A DNA stretch of 63,229 nt, the filler included, from Bonamia ostreae (taxonomy: Eukaryota): assembly GCA_040357525.1 (NCBI GenBank). It is 57 parts of 57 records of this genome, joined end to end, with 100 filler letters (N's around TTAATTAATTAA, not from the genome) between each part and the next. Parts side by side here need not be neighbours in the genome. Positions count along the whole stretch, not along the records: positions 12,291 to 13,306 come from JBDODL010003039.1; positions 13,407 to 14,422 come from JBDODL010003040.1; positions 14,523 to 15,538 come from JBDODL010003041.1; positions 15,639 to 16,654 come from JBDODL010003042.1; positions 16,755 to 17,769 come from JBDODL010003043.1; positions 17,870 to 18,884 come from JBDODL010003044.1; positions 18,985 to 19,999 come from JBDODL010003045.1; positions 20,100 to 21,114 come from JBDODL010003046.1; 49 more parts are not named here. One strand, 5' to 3'. Below, one piece after another: positions 12,291-25,400 of this stretch. The notes under the pieces were generated by a model that saw only the letters and a program-made list of their open reading frames with translations, did not search any database and was not told the origin of the DNA. Made by a program: the position numbers and the translations under genes. Positions within the stretch are counted from its first letter, which is position 1, and every line of letters begins with the position of its first letter.

Positions 12291-13306
12291 CAAGTCTCAG
12301 ATTGTTCACTTGTTCTACCTGTGATTCATGTAAGTGAGTGCTACATTTTGCAACTACAGGGTCCATATAATCTGGTAATGCGCATTTCTGAAGTGAATTC
12401 TTCATTTTCTCATCATTTTCTACAAATTCTGTGCAGGAAGGATCTACCAAATCTAAATTAGCAACTACTGAATTCTTGAATATAGTACAGGGTTCAAAAC
12501 CAAAATTTGCAATACGAAGGGGAACAACAGATTGGGCAGGGGAAACTAAAGCTTTAGCTACTAAAATACCCTTCTTTTCTAAAATTGCGAGGCTCGATTC
12601 TACTATCCCACATGAACTGTCAGAAGAAATTTGATCTATCAATTTTCCATTTACTATAACTTCTGTCTCAGGGGGGACCACTACTGTCTCCTGAATGGCG
12701 ATTCTACAGCATCGTAAATTACCTCTGTTGATATCATTTCTTTTATTTAAAGGGATAAGAAGACCATTCATTTCTAGACTTGGAGGATCTAAACATATGA
12801 CACTCTCATTTTCAGATAAAAAGTCTAAACCAAGAAGTCCTTCATTCTGAATATCTGCGATGATAAACTGCTGCATCAATACTAGTTTCCCAATAGCTAT
12901 TGATAAATTAATTTGGCCTATGCAGGGAGAAGATTCTCCTGTGGCGGTGATGATTTTTACATTTTGCAGGGGTGTAATACGAGATTCAGCTAACTGGAGC
13001 CTATGAACTAAATTCCTAGAGAGAATACTATAGTTGGCTCCTGTATCTACTAACATTCTAACAGTTTGTTCTTCTATTCTCAAGTCTAAAAACAAACCTT
13101 CTTGATTTGGGAGATAGTTTATTGTGACGGTCTGGGGCGGAATTGTTGAGGTCGAGTAGCGCCCCTCGGACTCGACTGATTGCGGTTTCCCTGGTCTCTA
13201 TCATGATCTCGACTATGAGTGGAACTAGTCTCCTTGAGATTTGACCTATTCTGGAAATTTGCGTGTCTCCCCCTAAATTGATCATTTCTAGTTTGTTTGT
13301 TTTGGG
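12291..13306 (-). mobile_element. Ty3/Gypsy LTR retrotransposon gag C-terminus, aspartic protease and dUTPase-like region
   Basis: LVDTGANYSIL and GLLGLDFL protease motifs; gag frame open to a stop at 13119-13121; pol is in the -1 frame. Confidence 0.9.
13134..13191 (-). promoter_or_regulatory. Programmed -1 ribosomal frameshift signal (G GGA AAC plus H-type pseudoknot)
   Basis: Heptamer at 13191-13185, 8-nt spacer, stem 1 GTCGAGT/ACTCGAC, stem 2 GGGGCG/CGCCCC. Confidence 0.8.
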
Positions 13307-16037
13307 NNNNNNNNNNNNNNNNNNNNNNNNNNNNNNNNNNNNNNNNNNNNTTAATTAATTAANNNNNNNNNNNNNNNNNNNNNNNNNNNNNNNNNNNNNN
13401 NNNNNNGTATAGAATTGTGAACAATTTATTCGATGACTCTATGTTTTCAGCAAAGGATGAAATGTTCTTTTCATTTATGGTTTCAGAACATTACAGATAA
13501 CAAAGGTTTTTTGCGTAATGTCCAATAACTCTGTCAAGCACGAAGCATGCTATCTTACCACTTCTTTAGAAGTACTCTGAGTATTCTGAACTATAAAGTT
13601 TTTATTATAGGTCTTAAAGAACAAACACATTTGGAGAACAGAAAAAAATAAATAATAATAATAAATATCAGAATATCAATAGGACTCTCTAGGTGGAAAG
13701 TACTAACAGACATAGAATATCAAAAAGACTTTACAGAGGTGGTGGAAAAGCCTAAGATATATTTCAGAGCTAAGGCGAAAAAAGAAAAAGTAAATATATC
13801 CAACAGTGATCATTAATTTGATCTTTAGAATATTACAAGTGTAATGTTCTTGTATCCAAACAAAGTGTTGTTGCCAAGCCAGAAAGAATGGATCTTCAGT
13901 ATTTCAGGCGCCTCCGCATTAGACTGAACGCTTCCACATTTACACATTTTATCGACATTTTGAAAAGGGAAGTAACTCATTTTTTCTCTAAAGTTTACTT
14001 CTGGAATGATGGCTTTACCAACATTTTTTTTTTATAAACAAGCGCTCAGAAATTGTTTACGCGTAATAATGAATGATGTAAAGGAAGCATAGAAAATGAT
14101 ATTTAATGTAATTCTATATAAAACGCTCATGTCAAAAAGAAAGGAAACTCTTACTAGAGTTAACAACAACGAGAACAGCTACAGGAATCATGAAAAGAAT
14201 CCCAACACGGCTCAATAGACATTGAACATTTTTATAAATCCAAGAAACTAAACATAATTTTAGCCCCAGGGAGATGTAATCTGCATAAACTTGTTTCATT
14301 TAGTCTAGCAGGTTACTGACAAATATTTTGATGTTGCCGGAATTTCAAAAGTATCGTTGAAAGTCAACATTTCGCAATACATATGGTCGTTATAATGATC
14401 CAATTTAAAATTGCAGGCTATCNNNNNNNNNNNNNNNNNNNNNNNNNNNNNNNNNNNNNNNNNNNNTTAATTAATTAANNNNNNNNNNNNNNNNNNNNNN
14501 NNNNNNNNNNNNNNNNNNNNNNCGTTAGATTTTTCCCATCGCAGGAACTCGGAAAACAAGAGATTCGCGATTCCTGTACTGTATACATGTAATGTGAATA
14601 TCGTATCACTAGATCGGTTTTTGAAGATATCATAATCCGATAACTGCACTTCAAAAGTTTAAGTTCTGTTTTAAAAAGCAATCAACGCCTTCTTAGCTAC
14701 AGTGATACGAAAAAGTTTGATTTGAGAGAGGAAACTGAGAAAACCCCAATTGTTCATACCAAAAAACAGCATTACCACTTATTTATTCTACGCAAATCAC
14801 TGTAAATTGATAAAATTGAAACGACAGCGTAAAGAGTTTTTATGCATGAACAACACATTGATCTTTTGAATATTTTACGTAGGAAACCGGGACATGTGAC
14901 AGAGGAATATTTTCTATTGAGATAACCATGGACATAATTAATTTGTCCTCACAAATTACATTCATAGACAATGCATAGTAAGTAAACAGTTTCTAATGAT
15001 ATAATGACTTTACCTTTTGAGATGTCCAAAAAACCCAGTCCTGTTTTCGAGAATAGACACGACCAATTAAACCAAACTATAATGACATCACACATTGTTG
15101 CTTGACAACAGACACTACAGACATGCGCTTTTCATGTCTGTTGAATATAGTCGATCAAATTGTAGGGCTCACGACGGGTGTGACCAGTCAAAAGTGTATC
15201 TTTACCCCTCCTAGATACCTGATCCTACATCTTAATTTTGTTTCCGTTTTGAAATTTATGACATTGATCACTGTTCGCTATATTCACATTTGAAAATGAA
15301 TCGGTTGAAATGTGAAGTTACCAGACTCATAAACAAGATTCACCCCGGACATACTTCACAAAAAGAAGGTAGGTTTCATATATCAAATTCATCTCTGTTT
15401 CTTTAGATGAAAGATTTAATCCTTTGTCCCATGTATTACTATTTTTCAATTAAAAAGATATCCTTTGTTCTATGCATTATTATGTTCCACTACTAATTAC
15501 AATCACACCAGCTGTTATGCACTTTTTATAGTGTTATCNNNNNNNNNNNNNNNNNNNNNNNNNNNNNNNNNNNNNNNNNNNNTTAATTAATTAANNNNNN
15601 NNNNNNNNNNNNNNNNNNNNNNNNNNNNNNNNNNNNNNGGTTTGTCTCGTAGAATTCATTTCATGCTTAGAATGATCATTTTTGTTTTCATTGTTTCTAC
15701 TGAGAACTTAATCATGTGAGTCTTTTGAGTCTTTCATAATATGTAATACAACTACATATTAATTTGAAAGAATTTCGTGTTTGACAAGGAAAAATATTGT
15801 TCGTAACATACACGTATATTTAGAGGTATATGAATGCAAGTGATTCGAGACAAAAAAATACTAAATGCAGTTTATTTCTTCCAAAATAAATGCAACATAA
15901 TTTTACATATCAGTTTATTACCAGTTTAGTATCTATAATTTCCATACGAGTTAAAAAAGATATGCATTATTTTAATCATTCATTAGGAATGAGGACTGTA
16001 GTTCTCATAGCGCCATAGTAATCCCAAAAATGAATAA

Positions 16038-16190
16038 TGCAAGGTGAAGATAATATCATTTCTTACTAACATGAAAAGGTGCAAAATTAAGAGTTGAGCA
16101 AAAACGGAGCCCAGGACATACCAGAGAAGGGATCGCGTGCCCAGGAAAAGCAAGCATTCTCTGTCTACTGGTCACACCCGCTGCGAGCCC
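16038..16190 (+). repeat. High-copy host interspersed repeat (other copies ~15165-15280 minus, ~19665-19815 minus, 26657-26680, 27893-27930, 34559-34575, ~42855-42920, ~44140-44200)
   Basis: Shared motifs AAGGTGAAGATAA(CGAACAGT), ACACGGAC..CTGGA.ATACCAGAG and GGTCACACCCG..GTGAGCCC across unrelated contigs. Confidence 0.75.
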
Positions 16191-16754
16191 CACACTATTG
16201 GTCAGTCATTTGTCATTTATTTTTAGAGAGTGAAAATATTTATTGTGGTGAATAAACTGGCTTCTAAAACAGCAAAACGACTCACGGGTAACAGTACTGG
16301 TCCGTCTTATCGATGTAAATGGAGATGATAATACACACCATTTGTCATTTAAACTCTTACCATTGTATTACTCCATCAATTCAAACACCTGTAGCATTTA
16401 TCAAATAAGGTTGATTGGGTGTAACTATCACAACTGTAGCATCGCTATTACCGTGAAAACCATTACATGATACTTTCATAATGAGGCATAGTTACTGTCA
16501 ACTATAACAATTGAAAAAAATCAAATATATTAATGGGTTCATGCTATCCCCACACTATTACGAAATAAGTCGAATAAGTCGAGAAATCAAACTCGTGGAA
16601 TAATTTACACATTAGAAAACAATATGTTGTTACAGAAAAAAAAAATCATCAAATNNNNNNNNNNNNNNNNNNNNNNNNNNNNNNNNNNNNNNNNNNNNTT
16701 AATTAATTAANNNNNNNNNNNNNNNNNNNNNNNNNNNNNNNNNNNNNNNNNNNN

Positions 16755-17499
16755 TGAAATTTTACTTTTTCCAAAAAAAAACGTTTTTATTGCTGGAAAG
16801 TAGATTAAGATTTTTTAAAAGATAACAATTGGTAATCATCTTTTTTAATTTGATCACGATAAAATCGATTTCGCTCGATGACGCAGCAACGAATTCTTGC
16901 AAATGGGCTTTGTTCATTGTGTAAATGCAATTTCCGGTGACAACAATTCCAGTGTTGACGAATTTGCCGTTTTTGAATAGAGATATTTCAGAGCATTCTT
17001 TCACGTTTCGAATGTAAAATTTCAAATTTGTCGCGTTTTGTCTCATCAGTCCAAGCCATTTTAGCTTTTTAGTTTAGTTTTTTGCGATAATTTGAAATGG
17101 GTTATTGCACTTTTAGTTAATTTAAACTTTTTCTGAAACGGAGTCGAAAATGATAGTTCGTTCGGAAACATTGGTGAAAAGATCTAATCCGTCGTTTTTG
17201 TTTTTGTTGTAAGCGCCGGTACCGATCAAGTCATTCATCAAAATTTTTCCCGAGAAATTTTTGGATTTCTTTTTAGCCCAAGTCAGTTGTTTTTCCTTTA
17301 GAACAAAATGTCGGTTGTGGTTTTTCTTGAAAAAGCCAGCGAGTTCGTAATTTCCGGAGATAATGGCGTCGTCCAAATCGGAAATCGTGTTTTCCGGTTT
17401 AGTTTCTGAATCGACAGCCAATTCTTCGAAAATTTCGATTTTCGCCCGCTGTTTTTTTCTGGGCCCTATCACTCTTTTGAGGTTGACATGTCTTATCAT
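16755..17499 (-). CDS. PH-domain-containing protein, protist, partial, with intron
   Basis: LAGFFKK..RHFVLKEKQLTWAK...GKILM followed by a Trp-containing helix (WLGLM) after a GTTTAA intron. Confidence 0.55.
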
Positions 17500-20400
17500 T
17501 AAAGCTTTAGTCGTAAAATAGCTTTTGTATATAAAGTTTTTGTTATTGGGTTTAAAGTAATAATTACTAATTCAGGGCTTTATAGTGTTTTTATATACTT
17601 GTCAGCTTTAAATTTTTTAAAATATCCGAATATATATTAAAGAATGTTGGTGGATAAATAATTGGATGCAAAATTTTGTTAGTTGGATTCCAATTTAAAT
17701 TTTAAATTGTTTTTTAGTAAATATTGCAAAAAGTTGTCGTTTTCAACTTTAATAAATTTTAAATTTAGTNNNNNNNNNNNNNNNNNNNNNNNNNNNNNNN
17801 NNNNNNNNNNNNNTTAATTAATTAANNNNNNNNNNNNNNNNNNNNNNNNNNNNNNNNNNNNNNNNNNNNTTGTAAAATTTTACATTTACCCCAATACCTG
17901 GGCTGAACAGATGGGCAGCAAATCAGGTGTTTGTTTACGGGGTAAAATTCCCATTCACCCCTAATTTATAGGTAAACCAATACAGCTCCATCACTCAGAC
18001 GGGATTCATTTATTTTTTTCGAAGTTGGGAAATCATATTTTTCTTATCAACATCCATGAGGCCCTAAAATATTTTACGAATTGGGGCAAAGAGTTTTCTT
18101 GTAAATAAATGTAGGTAGGCGTTCAAACTAAGAGGTTCGGGGTTCTGTTAGGATAGTGGCTCAGTGGTCAGATTTTATTTTATCCTACGATCACCATGTA
18201 GCGGTGGACTCCCAGATTGATTTTCTGCAATTGCACAAATTTAATTAGGTTGCCCTTATGACAAAATCGTCATCTTCAACTTGGTTGTGAAATTATTCGT
18301 TGACCTTTGNNNNNNNNNNTAGTTTAATTTCATTGAATGTAAATTATTAAGAGTTAAATACAGGTGTGTTGTATGTGTCTGTAGCATGATTGAGACCAAC
18401 CCAGCATGCTACTGGGCCTTTCGGATATTGTTATTGAGGGTGAGCCATGTTGTTCGGCGAAGCCACAGTTGATTGTTGTTGGGGGAGAGCCCTGTACTTA
18501 TACTATTTCACTTTTTTGCATATGCAACTGCCGTATAGAGTAATTATATTCCAATTACAAGGTATGATGTAAATAATTCTCCATGTATATGTCTAATACC
18601 AAGAATATGAAATGTACAAAGAGTGAAATTGGCATATCAAATAGAAGACAGGCGAATTATCCACATCACTCAATATATTTTTGTTGTTGATTGGTTGTCT
18701 ATAAATTATTTAAGGTAAAAATTGATGGTTCATATTAAAAACTAACCATTTTTTTTTATGTTAATATATGTTTATGATCAAACTTTGCTATAAAACATTT
18801 TTTTTAAAAATCAAGTAGGTAATCGATCTCGTTTTCGAGCTAGAAAATTATTTTTATTGTAAAAAGGATCATAATTGTCACATCNNNNNNNNNNNNNNNN
18901 NNNNNNNNNNNNNNNNNNNNNNNNNNNNTTAATTAATTAANNNNNNNNNNNNNNNNNNNNNNNNNNNNNNNNNNNNNNNNNNNNTGAAGCAAAATTGGAC
19001 GACTCTCTGATGTCTTCTATTTTGAGAATATAGAATATGGCATGTTAGAAAATAATTATTCTGGCGTCTTTGCTAAGTACACATGTTCAGGAAGGAGTAC
19101 ATTCAAATGCAACCACTTGTATGCCGGTTGCAATGTCTTATGACAGCATATGATTTAAGCTTTCAATTGTCTAAAATTGAAAAAGTTAAAAGTGCATGGA
19201 GGCTTCATTAAGCCCATGTTCCTAAATGAAAACATATATTTATCACACTCCAACATGAAAGAACAGTTACTGAAATATATCACCGAAAAGTCGTAACTTG
19301 TAACACTGTGTAATTCTGTGGAAAGCACACTTGCAAGACATGACTTGTGTTAAATACCTTCATAATAGCAACATGAAATCGATCATGAGTTTTTTGTTTA
19401 ATTATTGATTTACGCATAGGTAATAGAAGGGAATAAAACAGCTTGCTCTTAATTTTTAAAGAAATCGTGAAAACAAATTATGCATACATTTTATGGAAAC
19501 GCAATTAATTTCGTTCGTGGGGACGAATTTTATTTCGTGGTAAGAAAAATTCAATTCGTGGTTATGAATTTTATTTCCCCGGAACGGATTTGAACAAAAA
19601 CAAGTGGGGCATCATATTTTGCCGAATGTTCCTCTGATGAGGTATCAGAGATTACTCGGTTTACCTTATCACGGTGGGTATAAGCGTTTGAAAGGGGATT
19701 CTTAGCCCTCCTGGGCATTTAATTCCACTTCTGGTATATCTAAGTGTCCGTCTTTGTCCAGCTATCCTTTTATTTCTCTAAATGAGTTATTGAATTCATC
19801 ACAGTTCGTTGTCTTTGCTTTTCATTATAAAAAATACAACTTTCATCTCTAGAAAATGCATAGTCAATCTAATTGAGGCTATAGTGCAGAGGTCACTCCG
19901 AGACGAAATATGCACGAAAGACTTCTGTTTTGGCGTTTAGAATGTATTTGTTCACCTTTATTCCATCCTTTTCTTCTGTCACCTTCCATCGAGTTTTTTN
20001 NNNNNNNNNNNNNNNNNNNNNNNNNNNNNNNNNNNNNNNNNNNTTAATTAATTAANNNNNNNNNNNNNNNNNNNNNNNNNNNNNNNNNNNNNNNNNNNNA
20101 GCTTTGTTGATCAATTTCAAACTCAACCAAAGTCAATAACTCAATGACAATTCTTGTCAGTGTAAGATTGTCAGTGTAAGATTTACATTATCCAAAAGAC
20201 ATAACACATCGGGACCCTACCCCTTCCACTCTTTTTGGAAAGGTTCATTGCCCACATTTTAAAAACATTCAAGTCAAAATTACTCAGTCATTGTTGAGTA
20301 TGTCTTCCAACCCTACACTTTGAAAAGCATACCTGTCTGGAGGTTTTGATGTCTGTAAAATAGTGAATTTTGTAGTCATTGATACGTCAATTTTTATCCT

Positions 20401-21574
20401 ACGATTAAACCAGGCAAGCAGAAACGCTCATTTTCCGGAGTTTTCTTTCTATGCAAAATAAATATACAATTTGGCTGGGCGACTATGAAGGTTTGAATTG
20501 AATTACATTCTTACAGTAGAAACGTTATATCGATCTAATAATTCGTTCACACTACTTTCATAATTCAATGTGGTTGATACATGATACAGCTAAACATTTC
20601 TTGGACAACCGGACGATTCTTATAAAAATATATTTTCTTTCAATTTCTTTAGAGATTAGTGGTAATTCCTATCAACCTATGTAATACATGTTAGCAAAGG
20701 CAATGGTTTAGTATATCGTACATATATTTGCAAATGAAACCCTGGAATTTCGATAGATAATTACGCAATTTGTAATCTTTACCTTTCCCACAAACGTAGG
20801 AAACATTGAACAGCACGGTCTAGTTGGTACATATATCAATGACAGAAGTCCAATACTGTCGATGTGTTCAATGGAAAACTTGAAATCATGATTTGAAATA
20901 TCCCAATTGTTTTTGCATGTGTTTCCTTTACAAATTCTTCTGTAACAAGTAGTCCTCTCAGTGTCGATTTGTTACAGAGTTGCAGAGACGTACATGCGAA
21001 CTGCTCGTGGATGGGTGATTTTTGATAATTGATTTATTGCTACATCTTTATTCAAATTTTTAAAACTAATATCCATTCATAAAGCTCTCAATATGAAGAA
21101 CTAAAAGGAGGAGGNNNNNNNNNNNNNNNNNNNNNNNNNNNNNNNNNNNNNNNNNNNNTTAATTAATTAANNNNNNNNNNNNNNNNNNNNNNNNNNNNNN
21201 NNNNNNNNNNNNNNTCACCTTTCATGCAAATGTTTTGTATCTGTAAAATATCTTATATAGCACGTTGATACACTGTATGTACAAAACACGGATTAACATA
21301 TTGAAAGAAAAAGTAAACCATTGAATAAAAAAGATTAATTCAATTACCTGGCATGAAACAAAACAAATGGTAACAAACATAATACATTTTAAAGATGAAT
21401 TTTGTTTTCGAACATATCATTCTGACAATGCTCTTGGATATTAGATTTTGACAATCGATCGTATTCCCAAAGTGGAAACACTTCCTTATTAGCAGGATCC
21501 TGGAGAAAACACAATTCACTCTCATAGATTTTTGTTAGACGCCCTGCATCACATCTAGATTCAGCTTTTCACGG

Positions 21575-21820
21575 ACGCAGTTCCCTCCCATTTGAACTAT
21601 TTCTCTGCTAGGTCTTTCAGTTAAATACTTGGGATGAGATTTTTCTCCCAATAAAACTATTTCTCTGCCAGGTTTTTCAGTTAAATACTTAGGATGAGGT
21701 TTCTCTTCCACTAGAACTATTTCTCTGCCAGGTTTTTCAGTTAAATACTTAGGATGAGGTTTCTCTTCCACTAGAACTATTTCTCTGCTAGGTCTTTCAG
21801 TTAAATACTTGGGATGAGGT
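21575..21820. repeat. 60-bp tandem minisatellite, about 4 copies
   Basis: AACTATTTCTCTGC(C/T)AGGT(T/C)TTTCAGTTAAATACTT(A/G)GGATGAG repeats at an exact 60-bp period. Confidence 0.95.
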
Positions 21821-22456
21821 AGTTACCTCAGTGAACTGTATCGTTCATAGAAACTGGGACTTATGTAAATTGGAACCCGTTTGAAATAGGAAAACAGTAC
21901 AACATCTATATGAAAAATATTCTAAACTATTTTGGCTTGTATACATTCAGAAATCATCTTTTTGATACGGTACATAATCCGTAATTACAACAGTTTAAAC
22001 AATTATCACTTTGCATGTACACATACAGCATTTACACAAATGAACATTAAAGATGTGCATCTCCTATATCTACTTTGCACAGATTAGATATGCTTGAGTT
22101 TCGTTTTTATGGCAAGATATACATTGTACAGAAAGATCATAATTTAACTGAAATATCTATCGATGAAATACAGAAAACAGCGAATCACTGAATCAGCTCA
22201 GGTACATTTACGCATTAATGTCACATTANNNNNNNNNNNNNNNNNNNNNNNNNNNNNNNNNNNNNNNNNNNNTTAATTAATTAANNNNNNNNNNNNNNNN
22301 NNNNNNNNNNNNNNNNNNNNNNNNNNNNATTCATTTAAAGTTGCTAAGTTGTTCGAAAAACATTACACAATACCAATAAACTGTATTGTATTGATAAAGA
22401 TTAATATTTTAAAGCTTTCTAACTGAAATATAATTAACAGATTTAAAGTAATTGAA

Positions 22457-23050
22457 ATGTTTTATGCCAAAACTATGCTGGGAGCTAAAGACACCAATTT
22501 ATCTAAAGCTTGGTTAGCAGCACATTTAAACGGCACCCACAAACTCCGAAAAAACGAAATACAAAAAGTTAAAACTAAAAAATTCTTAGATGTTGCTACA
22601 AATCCATTTACATTAAAATAAAACTCCAAATTATTTAAAAACAAAATCCAACCTTATTAAATTTATATGGTTTGTCATTAATATAAAGACAAACGTTTCT
22701 GAGACGGCAACAACGCTGATGACCGAAGACTTATCAATGGCCCTCAGAATACTGTCGCAATTGTTGTTGGGGGTCACAAGAATTTACGCGAGACAGGTGG
22801 ACTATCTCTACTACGACTCAGCTAACGCTCTTTTAGTTCTGAAAAACAAACCTTCTCAAACTCGCCCGTCTAAGCGCAAATCAACTAAACTCGCAAACGC
22901 CCGAAATTTGGCCAAAAAATTATCAATGGCGGGTTACAACTATAAAAACGCAAATACAATATTGACAAAAATATGAAAAAATAGGTAAAATTCGACCGTC
23001 CCGTTCTCCAGACGACGAAGTCATTATGAGAGGAAGCCAACAAAAAATGG
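22457..23050 (+). CDS. Rad21/Rec8 kleisin N-terminal domain, protist
   Basis: MFYAKTMLGAKDTNLSKAWLAAH...KLRKNEIQK/(intron 22568-22688)/TNVSETATTLM...MALRILSQLLLGVTRIYARQVDYLYYD. Confidence 0.92.
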
Positions 23051-23089
23051 TTCGCAACGAAGAGATCAGCATTTCTGCACAAAATGTTT

Positions 23090-23302
23090 TCAACAACAAA
23101 ATTTCAATAACAAAAAAACAAAATTTCAATAACAAAAAAACAACAAAATTTCAATAACAAAAAAACAACAAAATTTCAATAACAAAAAACAACAAAATTT
23201 CAATAACCATAAAACAACTAAATTTCAATGACAAACAACAACAAAAGTTCAATAACAAAATTTCAATAACAAAAAAATCAACAAGATTTCAGGAACAAAA
23301 AA
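23090..23302. repeat. A-rich minisatellite (~25-bp unit AACAACAAAATTTCAATAACAAAAA)
   Basis: About 8-9 degenerate tandem copies. Confidence 0.9.
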
Positions 23303-23442
23303 CCACGATATGTCCGTCACCATTGAATTACCACAATATTGCNNNNNNNNNNNNNNNNNNNNNNNNNNNNNNNNNNNNNNNNNNNNTTAATTAATTAANN
23401 NNNNNNNNNNNNNNNNNNNNNNNNNNNNNNNNNNNNNNNNNN

Positions 23443-23950
23443 AGAACTACAAGCCAAAGATCCCAGGCAAATGGAACCGTTGAGAGATTCAACCGAACCA
23501 ATCAACATGACCGTGTACTGTAATCAGGACCAGTGATATTGGGATGAACTACTACTATAAGCCATGATGGCCTAGAGATGGTCTCTCCATTCAAGTACCT
23601 ACATTTCACCAAACATAATGATGTTAGGGCTGCACATCATAATGCCAATTGAAGTCATAGAATACCAATGCCAAATGAATCAAATGAGGATTATATATCA
23701 GAACCAAATAGCTTTGTTCATGTCCTGCAGGAAAAACGAAAACGTACACGAAATTACCAGTAAGGCCTTACAGATGAATGCCGATTATCAGAAAAGCCAA
23801 AAGTAGATTCGTTGAGGAAGGCCAACCAGTATGGCTATATGATGCATCGAAAAATGTGGGAGTGTGCAGTAAACTAAGATGTAAATGGAAGGGAGCATAC
23901 GTAATAACAAAGAGGATATATGGCATTACTTATCTTGTAAAGAAATGCGT
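23443..23950 (+). pseudogene. Decayed Gypsy integrase
   Basis: RTT...QANGTVERFNRT, WDELL, HSST.ISPNIMMLG and KLRCKWKGAYVITKR motifs, interrupted by stops and frameshifts. Confidence 0.85.
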
Positions 23951-24555
23951 GCAAAAAAGGACCACGCTAAGTGTTAGTTTTGATACATGGGGCTCCTGCA
24001 TCTCCAAGGTGTGACCAATGCATGTGAGGTGTCTATATGGTAATTCAGGAATTTTGTGTTGTTTTCAGCAAAACACCGTTTTTTAAATTTGTGTCAGTCA
24101 ATCCATATCGTCATTCAAATATCACATTGGAAGTTAATTTCAATTTGTCGTATGATGTAGCATTTGTACCTCTGTCTTTTCATGCAGCTGCTATTGTATC
24201 CCTTTCCACTTTCTCAAAGTCCTTGCATGGTAAGATTTGGGAAATATGTCCCCACGTCCCATTAGATAATTGGAATTACCGTTATCCCTCATTCCTATTG
24301 TTGTTTTCGTACCAGCATCTACTGCGACACGGGATCTCGGTTTAGACGGTATCAACCTAAGGATCGGCCTTCACGTCCCGCAGTAATATTCAAATCCGCG
24401 ATATAACGATTTGCGACTTTACAATCAAATAATAACAAAATACTCTAACCACAACNNNNNNNNNNNNNNNNNNNNNNNNNNNNNNNNNNNNNNNNNNNNT
24501 TAATTAATTAANNNNNNNNNNNNNNNNNNNNNNNNNNNNNNNNNNNNNNNNNNNN

Positions 24556-25400
24556 ATATTAAAAATTACAAATTTTGCAATAAAATAAAATATTAAAATT
24601 GAGTCAATAAGATAAAAATTGCCCAAAAAATTATTAAAAATTAGTGTAAAAATTATTAAAATACGAAAAGAATGAGCTGAATTGCCCCTGAAAAAGATTT
24701 CGATATTTGTCCATATTGTGTTTTTGATCTTTCCGAACAAAAATTTTTAAGAAAAATGGCATCTGCTAAAATATTGTAAAATTTTTCTATTTGTCCATTC
24801 TTTGGCGACTCTTTAATAAAATTTGAAAAAAATTGTCAAAAAATTTCAATAAATAAGAAAAACCGCTTTTCTGATCAAAAAACAAAATATTAAAATTGTT
24901 TTCAATAAATTTCAAATTAAAAAATTGGCCATTCAGAACTCCCACTAAACAATATAATATTTCCTCAACAAAATCAGTTTTTTGTTGGCTAATTTCCCCA
25001 GGTTTAGCAAAATCGATTAATTTTTTGTTTAAAGTGCTTTTTCTTTCACAAAAATCAATTTTTGATTTGTAACAAAAATTTGGATTTGTCAAACAAAAAA
25101 TGCTGTTTTTCGGACTTTTTAAAGCTGATATATTCCCATCGTCGCTTACAGATAATCTAACAAAAAAACGTTTTTATAAAATTTATTTTATTTTGAAATT
25201 TAAACATTTTTTCGTTATTATCTGTCGACGATTGAAGGAAAATATCGTCAAAAAAGAAAATTTTTTCTTTTGTGACTTTTTTACGGATTGGAACCAATTT
25301 CCAAAAATAGTTTCTAAATTTTTAGATTTGAAAAACAAATTTTTGTTTTCTTCAAAATTTTTCACCAAAACTAAATTTTCCTTTAATCTGTCGAAAGCTA
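24556..25400 (-). CDS. Probable gamma-tubulin complex component (Spc97/Spc98 family), protist, partial
   Basis: DFVEEILYCLVGVLNGQFF resembles the GRIP1 start (lvrDlLyvLqGidG); multi-exon; divergent. Confidence 0.5.

Noticed and set aside
13058-13285. 75-aa ORF as the gag/pol junction
   Set aside because: It lies in the third frame; gag and pol use the other two frames
21535-21820. 60-bp repeat as a CRISPR array or 20-aa repeat protein
   Set aside because: Units are contiguous without unique spacers, there are no cas genes, and upstream frames are closed
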